DNA of 64,000 nucleotides from an uncultured Actinomycetota bacterium. GTDB lineage: Bacteria > Actinomycetota > Actinomycetes > Actinomycetales > Demequinaceae. The number at the start of each line of letters is the position of its first letter. The first letter of the stretch is position 1. The notes beneath the pieces were generated by a model. It was given only the letters and a program-made list of their open reading frames with translations. It was not told the origin of the DNA and did no database searches. The DNA lies in contig CAVTJA010000008.1 of the NCBI GenBank assembly GCA_963735005.1, positions 42,829 through 106,828 of the forward strand, written 5' to 3'. The position numbers were made by a program, and so were the translations under genes. Below, piece after piece: positions 9,096 through 17,133 of this stretch.

Positions 9096-10274
9096 ATGGC
9101 CATTGACCTCGTGCGCGTCCGCGCGGACACCCGCGGTTGCGAGGCAGTCACGCACCTCAACAACGCGGGCGCGGCGCTACCCCCAGCGATCGTGACCGAC
9201 ACCGTACTTGAGCAGGTGCGTGCCGACGAGGTGTTCGGCGGCTACGAGGCGCAGGAGATGGCGGAAGACGCTCTACGCCGCGCGCACGACGCCGTGGGAG
9301 CGCTCGTGGGCGGCGCGGCCCAGGAGGTCGCGTTCTTCGACAACTCGTCGCGCGCGTGGCAATCCGCGATCTACGCCCTGCCGTGGCGCGAGGGCGACCA
9401 CGTGCTGGCCTCCGAGGCGGAGTACCCGTCGAACGTTTACTCACTGCTGTACCTTCGCGACCGCTTTGGCGTCCAGGCCACGTACGTGCCTAACGATAGG
9501 TACGGCCAGATCGACGTTGCTGCGCTCGAGGCCGCGATCACCCCGCGCACCAAGCTGATCTGCCTTACGCACGTGCCGACGTGGGGCGGGCTCATCAACC
9601 CGGCCGCGGCCGTCGGCGCAATCGCCAAGGCGCACGGGATCACCTATGCCCTGGACGCGTGCCAGAGCGTGGGGCACCTTCACGTCGACGTCCGCGACAT
9701 TCAGTGCGACATCCTGGCCGCGGCGGGCCGCAAATACTTGCGCGGGCCGCGCGGGACGGGCTTCGCGTGGGTGCGGTCCGAGCTCCTGGAGACGATGGTG
9801 CCCCAGTTCTCGGACGGCCACTCGGCGAACTGGACCGCGCCCGAGACGATGACGTTGGCGCCGGGAGCCGGGCGGTTCGAGCTCTTCGAGCGGTCAGTCG
9901 CGCTGCAGCTTGGGCTTGGCGCCGCGGCTCGGTACGCGACCGAGATCGGCACGCGCGCTATCGAGCAACGGGTGACGCTGCTTGGTGCCGCGCTGCGCGC
10001 GCAGCTGGCGAGCGTCCCCGGCGTGCGCGTGCTCGACCGTGGTGAACGGCTAAGCGGGATCGTCACGTTCGTGGTCGACGGCTTCGGTGCGGCCGAAATC
10101 AGGGACGCCCTGAAAGCCGAGGCGATCAACGTGTCGGTGACCGGCGCGGGTGGGGCGATGCGCACGTTCCCGCAGCTGGGACTCGACGCCGTGGTGCGCG
10201 CGTCGGTGCACTATTACAACACCGAGGAGGAGCTCGCGAGCGTCACTTCTGTAGTCGCGGGCTTGGTGGCGTAG
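9096..10274 (+). CDS. class V aminotransferase-fold PLP-dependent enzyme (cysteine desulfurase-like)
   Basis: 392 aa with THLNNAGAA, THVPTWGG, ALDACQSVGH and a candidate PLP lysine in AAGRKYLRGPRGTG. Confidence 0.8.
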   Translation: MAIDLVRVRADTRGCEAVTHLNNAGAALPPAIVTDTVLEQVRADEVFGGYEAQEMAEDALRRAHDAVGALVGGAAQEVAFFDNSSRAWQSAIYALPWREGDHVLASEAEYPSNVYSLLYLRDRFGVQATYVPNDRYGQIDVAALEAAITPRTKLICLTHVPTWGGLINPAAAVGAIAKAHGITYALDACQSVGHLHVDVRDIQCDILAAAGRKYLRGPRGTGFAWVRSELLETMVPQFSDGHSANWTAPETMTLAPGAGRFELFERSVALQLGLGAAARYATEIGTRAIEQRVTLLGAALRAQLASVPGVRVLDRGERLSGIVTFVVDGFGAAEIRDALKAEAINVSVTGAGGAMRTFPQLGLDAVVRASVHYYNTEEELASVTSVVAGLVA

Positions 10275-10296
10275 CCCCAAATCCCCCGCAGGAACG

Positions 10297-11310
10297 ATGG
10301 CGGGTGTCCGGCGGTCAACATACAGTTCTCGGGTGACTACCGACTACGCAGTCGAGGCCCAGGGTCTCGTCAAGAACTTTAAAGCGACCAAGGCGCTGAA
10401 CGGCGTCAGTTTCGCGGTGCCTCGCGGCACCGTACTCGGCGTGCTCGGCCCGAACGGCGCAGGCAAGACCACCGCCGTTCGAATCCTCGCAACGCTGCTC
10501 AGGTCCGACGGCGGCTCCGCGCGCGTCGCCGGCTTCGACGTCGCCAAGCGACCAGCCGAGGTGCGCAAACGCATCGGCCTCACGGGCCAGTACGCCTCCG
10601 TCGACGAGGAGCTCACCGGGCGCGAGAACCTGCACATGATCGCTGGCCTGCTCAACATGAAGACGGCAGACGGCAAGGCGCGCGCGTCCGAGCTTCTCGA
10701 CTGGTTCGACCTCAACGAAGCCGCGGACCGCAACGTCAAAACGTACTCCGGCGGCATGCGCCGGCGCCTGGACCTCGCGGCCTCGCTTACCGGACACCCC
10801 GAGATCGTCTTCCTCGACGAGCCAACCACCGGGCTCGACCCCGCCAAGCGCGAGGACATGTGGGACGTCGTCCGCGACATCGTCGCGCGGGGAACCTCGG
10901 TGCTGCTCACGACGCAATACCTGGAGGAGGCCGACGCCCTCGCCGACGACATCGTCGTCATCAACCACGGCGAGGTGATCGCGCACGACACCGCCGAGAA
11001 CCTGAAGCGGGTGGTCGGTACGCAGACGCTGCGAGTCCGGCCTGCCCACCCAGCCGAGCTGGCGAAGGCGCGCGCAGTTCTCGACGCCGTGGCAACCAAG
11101 GGCTCGCGCGTCGACGAACCGCGCAAGGGCGAGCTTGCCGTGCCGGTCCCGGGTTACGAGGCGCTCGAGGCCGCGGTCGCGCGCCTCAAGAAGGCCAAGA
11201 TCGATGTGACCGAGCTGTCGCTGCAACTTCCAAGCCTGGACGAGGTGTTCTTCACCCTCACCGGCGAACGCCAGAAGCCAACCGCGACCGAACAGGAGGA
11301 CGCGGCATGA
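10297..11310 (+). CDS. ABC transporter ATP-binding protein (DrrA/ABC-2 exporter type)
   Basis: Walker A GPNGAGKTT, signature YSGGMRRRL and Walker B VFLDEPTTGLD. Confidence 0.9.
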   Translation: MAGVRRSTYSSRVTTDYAVEAQGLVKNFKATKALNGVSFAVPRGTVLGVLGPNGAGKTTAVRILATLLRSDGGSARVAGFDVAKRPAEVRKRIGLTGQYASVDEELTGRENLHMIAGLLNMKTADGKARASELLDWFDLNEAADRNVKTYSGGMRRRLDLAASLTGHPEIVFLDEPTTGLDPAKREDMWDVVRDIVARGTSVLLTTQYLEEADALADDIVVINHGEVIAHDTAENLKRVVGTQTLRVRPAHPAELAKARAVLDAVATKGSRVDEPRKGELAVPVPGYEALEAAVARLKKAKIDVTELSLQLPSLDEVFFTLTGERQKPTATEQEDAA

Positions 11311-12128
11311 CCGCAACGCACGCAATCGATGCGGTGACGCACGCCGTCGCCGACGTCAAGCACGGCCCGCTTGACGTCTTCCGCCACTCCTGGGTGCTCG
11401 CCAAGCGCTCGCTCGTCAAGACGTGGCGCACGCCCGAGGGGCTGGTCGACGTGACGCTGTCTCCCATCATGTTCACGCTGCTGTTCACCTACATCTTCGG
11501 CGGCGCGATCGCGGGTTCGGCAAAGGACTACCTGCCGTACCTGATCACCGGCCTGATCGGGCAGAACATCGCGTTCGCATCGGTGGGTATTGGCATCCAG
11601 CTCAACGCGGACATCGAGAAGGGCATCTTCGACCGGTTCCGGGCGCTGCCGATCTCGCGTATCGCGCCACTGTTCGGCGCCGCACTCGGCGACGTCGTCA
11701 GGTACGTCCTACTGATCGCGATCATGACCGGCACCGGGTATGTCCTCGGCTTCCGCGTCGCGACCGACGCCCTGCACTTCTTCGCCGGCGTCCTGCTCGT
11801 GATCGTGTTCGCACTGTGCCTCGCCTGGGCGCCCATGCTCGTGGGCCTGATCGCGCGCTCGCAACGCGCTGTCCAGGGCATCGTCTTCATGACCTTGTTC
11901 CCGCTCACGTTCGCGTCGAACGCGTTCGTGCCAACCGACTCCATGCCTGCGTGGCTCAAGGCGTTCGCCGAGGCGAACCCGTTATCGCACCTGGTGGCGG
12001 CACTGCGGTCGCTCTGGAACGGCGACGGCTCGTGGCAGGGTCCCGTCGCCGCGACGTTGATCTGGTGCGTGGTGTTCGTCGTGATCTTCGCGCCGCTCGC
12101 CATCCGCGCGTACGCCCGGCGCACGTAG
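11307..12128 (+). CDS. ABC-2 type transporter permease
   Basis: The ATG at 11307 overlaps the ATPase stop (ATGA). It has six hydrophobic segments. The track ORF 10860..12128 is over-extended. Confidence 0.85.
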   Translation: MTATHAIDAVTHAVADVKHGPLDVFRHSWVLAKRSLVKTWRTPEGLVDVTLSPIMFTLLFTYIFGGAIAGSAKDYLPYLITGLIGQNIAFASVGIGIQLNADIEKGIFDRFRALPISRIAPLFGAALGDVVRYVLLIAIMTGTGYVLGFRVATDALHFFAGVLLVIVFALCLAWAPMLVGLIARSQRAVQGIVFMTLFPLTFASNAFVPTDSMPAWLKAFAEANPLSHLVAALRSLWNGDGSWQGPVAATLIWCVVFVVIFAPLAIRAYARRT

Positions 12129-12162
12129 CCGCCGGGCCCGCGCGCGGGTCCCCATGTACAGG

Positions 12163-12192
12163 AAAGGCCCCCACCTTGGTGGGGGCCTTTCT
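12163..12192 (+). terminator. stem-loop terminator after the ABC permease
   Basis: aaaggccccca-ccttgg-tgggggccttt followed by ct. Confidence 0.7.
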
Positions 12193-12207
12193 GACACCTG
12201 TTCCCCT

Positions 12208-12240
12208 GGCCCTGCAAGCGCCGATGGCGCCTGCAGGGCC
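12208..12240 (-). terminator. stem-loop downstream of the minus-strand gene 12298..13068
   Basis: GGCCCTGCAAGCGCC-gat-GGCGCCTGCAGGGCC, a 15-bp stem with one mismatch. Confidence 0.55.
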
Positions 12241-12297
12241 GAGAACAAGGGAATCTCGCGGCAGCAGTCCTAGGAAGGGACGGGGGGGAGAGGTGGA

Positions 12298-13068
12298 CTA
12301 CCGCTGCAGAGACCCCAAGAGTTCGACCGCGTACGCGTGGGACTCGGGAAGAGTCTCGACCCACACTCGCGGAGGTTGGCGCGTCAGGTTTCCGATGCGC
12401 ATGGAGTTCGCCCGCTCGGAGATGTGCTCCCGAAGGGCGGCAATGCCGGTGCCCAACTGCGGGCCGCGTGAAACCAGGACGGCGTACAGGCCATCGGCAA
12501 GGTGCGCCATCGGGTGGCCTTCGCCATAGGCGCCCCTCAGCGCTGCGCCTACGGCAGCGTTGCGCGCAATGCGCTGCCACACGTCCGAATCCACCACCGA
12601 CACGTCCACGATGACGATCGCGTGCGTGTCCCGCACACTACGACCTTGCTGCTCGGCGCGCGCGTACACCTCGACGAGCCGCTGCGACAGGTAGTCCACC
12701 GTGCCAAGCCCCGACTCAGGGTCCCGCATTCCGGTGGACGTCTGCGTGTGCGACATCCCCTGCGTCCAGCCCTCGCACAGCGCGCGCACGGAGCGGATCG
12801 GGGTGTCCTCATAGCCAGCAGCACGGAACACCACGCCAAGGTCGTCAATGGATTCGGTGATTCCCACGCCAGCGAAAGCCCGCGCCTCGCCCAACCGCGC
12901 GGCGGCAGGTGCGGTGTCGAGGCTCGATTCGATCGCTTCAACCAGCGCGTCCACAGCGGGCGTGTACCAGTCGGTCGGTCGCAGCCACACCGAGTCGACG
13001 CTCGCCTCGCGCCACTCCGCAAGGAGCGCGCTCTGGGCCGCTCCGCCCGTCACATCGAGGTCCGTCAT
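12298..13068 (-). CDS. hypothetical protein with a degenerate GGDEF-like C-terminal domain
   Basis: 256 aa. RDPESGLGTVDYLSQRL...HAIVIVDV resembles the start of a GGDEF domain, but LADGLY sits where GG(D/E)EF would be. Confidence 0.6.
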   Translation of the reverse strand: MTDLDVTGGAAQSALLAEWREASVDSVWLRPTDWYTPAVDALVEAIESSLDTAPAAARLGEARAFAGVGITESIDDLGVVFRAAGYEDTPIRSVRALCEGWTQGMSHTQTSTGMRDPESGLGTVDYLSQRLVEVYARAEQQGRSVRDTHAIVIVDVSVVDSDVWQRIARNAAVGAALRGAYGEGHPMAHLADGLYAVLVSRGPQLGTGIAALREHISERANSMRIGNLTRQPPRVWVETLPESHAYAVELLGSLQR

Positions 13069-13271
13069 GCACTATGAGAGGCACATCACACGCGTCTATG
13101 ACGCCAAATGGCGCCTTTCTTTTGTGGAAATTGCCGTCATTTCGACGTGTGACCGAACTCTCATCATGTGACGAACAACGCAACGCTTTTCCTTGCCCCA
13201 AAAACGGGGGGCACGGACGATTGTCGTAGGGCGTGCGCACCCCTCAGCCATCCGCGCACGAATGGAGAGCC

Positions 13272-16028
13272 ATGACGCATGAGACTGTAAGTCTCTGGAC
13301 GGATTCGTCCAGCGACGCAGAGCTCATCGCGGGCGTCCGCGCGGGCGAGTCCGCGGCGTTTGGCGTGCTCTACGAGCGGCACGGCGAGGCGGCGAAGCGC
13401 GTCGCATCCATGTACTCCGCCGTGCCAACTGACGTCGACGACATCGTCTCCGAAGCCTTCGCGCGCGTGCTCAAGGCGCTCCAGGAAGGCGGCGGGCCCG
13501 ACCTCGCCTTCCGCGCCTACCTCTTCACGGTCGTGCGCCGCACAGGGCTGGACATGATCAAGAAGGGCAAGCGCACCCGCCCGGACGACGACATGGAGAC
13601 TTACGACTCCGCGATTGGCTACGAGGCGGGCAGCGACGAACCGACGCTCGACAACTTCGAGCAGGGCGTCGTCGCAGAGGCATTCAAGTCCTTGCCCGAG
13701 CGGTGGCAGGTCGTCCTCTGGTACACGGAGATCGAGAAGAAGTCTCCCGCCGAGGTCGCGCCGGTCCTGGGGCTATCCGCGAATGGCGTGGCGGCACTTG
13801 CCTACCGCGCGCGCGAGGCACTCCGCCAGGCCTACCTTCAGCAACACCTCGCGACCGCCGACAACGCCGAGTGCGCGGATGTATCCGAGCACCTTGGCGG
13901 GTTCGTTCGCGGCGGCTTGACCAAGCGCGAGCACGCGAAGGTGGAGGCACACCTCGAGGTGTGCGAGCACTGCGCAGCGCTGGTTGCCGAACTTCAAGAC
14001 GTGAACCGCGGGCTCCGCGCGGTGATCGCGCCCCTGTTCCTCGGCGTGATCGGCATGGGCGCCCTGCACGGCTCGCTTCCGATTGGCGGATTTGGCGCAG
14101 GCGCGATTGGAGCGAGCGCCGCAGGCGGCGCTGGCGCGGCCAGCGGAGGCGGCGGCGCTACGGGCGCAGGCGGCGTAGCTATCGCCAGCGCGACAGCCGG
14201 CGGCATCGGCGGAGTTCTCGGGGCCATCGCAGGTGCGGGCTCGCAGATCGTCACCGGAATCGCCGCAACCATCGGCGTTGGCGCGCTCACTGTCGCAACT
14301 ATCGGCATCGTCGGCAACCTTGGCGCCATAGACAAGTCTTCCGACGGTGATCCAGGCGTCTCCGCGGACGCGCCCGCCGCGGAGCCCGCAAGCGACTCGG
14401 TTGTCACGCTTGTGCTGTCGGGCGAGGACCCGCTCGACCCCAGCTTCATCACGGTCGGGCCGGCGGCTCCGCCAGAGGACATCACGGACGTCTTCGTCCC
14501 CGACCCACCCCCGACGGATGACACCACCAAGGACGACACGACGACGAACGACACTCACAAGGGCGACACCCACAAGGACCACACCAAGACTCACGGCAAG
14601 AAGGACGACCCGACCGACCCGACCGACCCGACCGACCCGACCGACCCGACCGACCCGACCGACCCGACCGACCCGACCGACCCGCCGGTGTCTTCCGACC
14701 CCACCTATCTTCAGGCAAAGACGGGCGTCCTCGACATCATCGAAATCGACCCCGACGCCCCGACGCTCACGATCAAGGTCGCGAACGAGGCGGAGACTAC
14801 TTCCGTGAACCCCACCGTGGCGGTTGAACTACCGGACGGAGTGACCTTCACGAGCGTGGACGGCGACTTCGGCGACTGGACGTGCGACATTTCGGACGAC
14901 GCAACCACGGCGGTGTGCACCACCGCTGAGCTTGAGCCGGGCACGACCAAGGACGTCACTCTTTCGGTCGCGATTCCGACGTCGCTCCCGCGAAGCGCGG
15001 TCACGACGCTGACGTTCTCGAACGATGCGGGTGAAACCGACCCGGTCACGGTGCCCACCGGCCTTCGCGACGTGAATCTTGACCTTGGCGTCGAATACGC
15101 GGCGTCGGGCCACCTTGGCACCGCGATCTTCGGCGCACCGCTATTGTCATGCGACCTCACCGACACCGCCTGCGCGAACGCGATGGACTTCAATGGCAAC
15201 GCCACCAGCGGCGCCTACAACAACAACGATTGGCTCATGCAGCCACTCAACGAGGCTGGCGGCACCTCGGTGTCTGAAGCCACCACGGTGGCCCTGCCCG
15301 ATGGCGCGGTCGTCCAATCCGCGTGGGTGGACTGGTCCGCGAATACGGGCAACGGCGAGGGATTCACCGCTGACTACAACTCCGCGCTTATCAAGCCAGC
15401 GGGTGCCACCGACTACTCGGCGCTCGTCGCTGACTCCACGGAAACCCGCACTGACAGCAGCGGCCGCACGTACTACAACTCTCGCGCGGACATCACCGAT
15501 CTGATGGCGTCGGCGGGCTCCGGCGACTGGGCGCTGGCCGATGTCGCGGTCTCCGACACGTTTGGCGACACTGACCACACGTACTACGCGGGTTACGCGA
15601 TCACCGTGATCTATGAGCTTGCGTCGCTCCCGCAGTCGACCGTGCTTGCGTACACCGGTACCGACTGGGTCGACGGCAGCGGCGGATTCGGCGTGAACGT
15701 AGCGTCGCAGTTCTCGGGCGACGTGGACCTATCCGCGATCATGTGGGACGGCGACCGCGCGATGACCGGCGACAAGGTTTCGGTTGATGGCACTGCGGTC
15801 AAGCCGTATCACTGGAACGGCCACGCGACGTCAGCGGGCGACTCAGGAAACGCTGGGGACTCGACGGCATTCGGCTCGCGCTTTGCAAACACGCTGGGCA
15901 CCGATGCGAAGTCGTTCTTCACGACGTCAGTGGACTCTGGTGTCCACGTGATTAGCGTGTCGTCGAGCGGCGACCCGATCCTGGTCAGCCTCCTCCTCAT
16001 CACCGTCTACGACGACGTAGACGAATAG
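13272..16028 (+). CDS. ECF sigma factor fused to a ZAS-type anti-sigma motif, membrane segment and large ectodomain
   Basis: Sigma-70 region 2 (DIVSEAFARVLKAL..FRAYLFTVVRR) and region 4 (LPERWQVVLWYTEIEKKSPAEVAPVLGLSANGVAALAYRAREAL). HLEVCEHC (HxxxCxxC) lies at 13950-13973. These are followed by hydrophobic/Gly-Ala segments, a (DPT)n linker and a beta-rich C-terminal region. There is an alternative GTG start at 13233. Confidence 0.8.
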   Translation: MTHETVSLWTDSSSDAELIAGVRAGESAAFGVLYERHGEAAKRVASMYSAVPTDVDDIVSEAFARVLKALQEGGGPDLAFRAYLFTVVRRTGLDMIKKGKRTRPDDDMETYDSAIGYEAGSDEPTLDNFEQGVVAEAFKSLPERWQVVLWYTEIEKKSPAEVAPVLGLSANGVAALAYRAREALRQAYLQQHLATADNAECADVSEHLGGFVRGGLTKREHAKVEAHLEVCEHCAALVAELQDVNRGLRAVIAPLFLGVIGMGALHGSLPIGGFGAGAIGASAAGGAGAASGGGGATGAGGVAIASATAGGIGGVLGAIAGAGSQIVTGIAATIGVGALTVATIGIVGNLGAIDKSSDGDPGVSADAPAAEPASDSVVTLVLSGEDPLDPSFITVGPAAPPEDITDVFVPDPPPTDDTTKDDTTTNDTHKGDTHKDHTKTHGKKDDPTDPTDPTDPTDPTDPTDPTDPTDPPVSSDPTYLQAKTGVLDIIEIDPDAPTLTIKVANEAETTSVNPTVAVELPDGVTFTSVDGDFGDWTCDISDDATTAVCTTAELEPGTTKDVTLSVAIPTSLPRSAVTTLTFSNDAGETDPVTVPTGLRDVNLDLGVEYAASGHLGTAIFGAPLLSCDLTDTACANAMDFNGNATSGAYNNNDWLMQPLNEAGGTSVSEATTVALPDGAVVQSAWVDWSANTGNGEGFTADYNSALIKPAGATDYSALVADSTETRTDSSGRTYYNSRADITDLMASAGSGDWALADVAVSDTFGDTDHTYYAGYAITVIYELASLPQSTVLAYTGTDWVDGSGGFGVNVASQFSGDVDLSAIMWDGDRAMTGDKVSVDGTAVKPYHWNGHATSAGDSGNAGDSTAFGSRFANTLGTDAKSFFTTSVDSGVHVISVSSSGDPILVSLLLITVYDDVDE
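14607..14684 (+). repeat. perfect 9-bp tandem repeat (GACCCGACC x8 plus a partial copy) encoding (DPT)n
   Basis: Eight identical units span 14607-14678 and stay in frame inside the sigma-fusion CDS. Confidence 0.95.
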
Positions 16029-16042
16029 ATTCGTTCGCCAGC

Positions 16043-16086
16043 GCGCATAGGGCCCCGGAAGCGGACGCTTCCGGGGCCCTATGCGC
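16043..16086. terminator. bidirectional stem-loop between convergent genes
   Basis: gcgcatagggccccggaagc-gga-cgcttccggggccctatgcgc, a roughly 20-bp perfect stem. Confidence 0.8.
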
Positions 16087-16107
16087 GAAGCGCGGTAGCG
16101 AGAATCG

Positions 16108-17103
16108 CTACTCGGCGGACTTCTTGGAAGACTGCGCGTTGACTTCGTAGGACGTGTTGGTCGCCTCGAAGAAGTTCACAAGCTGCAGCGTGTCGTTGGC
16201 TGTTGCCATCCACTTGGCGGGGTTCGAGACGTTGTAGTGCGGCTCGAAGCCGAGCTCTTCGAGGCGGCGGTCGGCGAGGTACTTCACGTATTGGTTCACG
16301 TAGTCCGCATTGAGGCCAAGGATGCCCTTGGGGAGCAGGTCCCGGTTGTACTCCTCCTCCATCTCGACGGCGCCGATGATCATGTTGCGGATCTCGTCGG
16401 CGAACTCCGGGTCCTGGAGGTCCTCGTTCTCCTCGAGCACCGTGAGGATGAGGTTGATGCCGAACTGGAGGTGTAGCGACTCGTCGCGGATCACCCAGTC
16501 CATGAGCGATCCGAAGTTGCGTAGCAGGTTCCGCTGCCGGAACGACAGCGCCACCATGAAGCCCGAGTAGAACCAGATGCCCTCAAGGATGATGTTGTAG
16601 GCCACGAGGTTGCGGATGAAGTCCTTCTTGCCCTCGGTGGTCGTGATGTCGAGGGTCTCCTCGGTCATCCGCTTGATGAACTTGACCTCGAAGGCCTCCT
16701 TCTTGGCCATCGACGGCACGTCAACGTGGGAGTTGTAGGCGGCCTCGCGGTCGAGCGGGAACGTCTCGAGGACGTACTCGAACGACATGCAGTGGTTCGC
16801 CTCTTCCCACATCTGCTTGGCGAGGTAGAGGTGGCATTCGGGCGCGTTGATGTACGGATACACGCCGAACGCGAGCGCCTTGTTGACGAGCAGCTCGTTC
16901 GGGTTGAAGTACGACATCAGGTAGGTGACGGCGTGCTTCTCGTCGTCCGTCATCTTCTTGAAGTCGGCCAGGTCCTCACCGAGCTGAATCTCGTTCGGGA
17001 ACCATGTGTTCGCGACGGCCTGGTCGTACAACTCCATCGCCCAGGGGTACGTGATCGGCTTGAGTAGCAATCCGTCTTGGATGCCGGTGCCCAGAATTCC
17101 CAT
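16108..17103 (-). CDS. nrdB: ribonucleotide reductase small (beta) subunit
   Basis: Ferritin-like R2 with metal-site motifs (EEANHCMSFEY, RDESLHL). It lies immediately downstream of the alpha subunit. Confidence 0.92.
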   Translation of the reverse strand: MGILGTGIQDGLLLKPITYPWAMELYDQAVANTWFPNEIQLGEDLADFKKMTDDEKHAVTYLMSYFNPNELLVNKALAFGVYPYINAPECHLYLAKQMWEEANHCMSFEYVLETFPLDREAAYNSHVDVPSMAKKEAFEVKFIKRMTEETLDITTTEGKKDFIRNLVAYNIILEGIWFYSGFMVALSFRQRNLLRNFGSLMDWVIRDESLHLQFGINLILTVLEENEDLQDPEFADEIRNMIIGAVEMEEEYNRDLLPKGILGLNADYVNQYVKYLADRRLEELGFEPHYNVSNPAKWMATANDTLQLVNFFEATNTSYEVNAQSSKKSAE

Positions 17104-17133
17104 GTTTACATCTCCTCGTTCTTGGCGCCCGCG

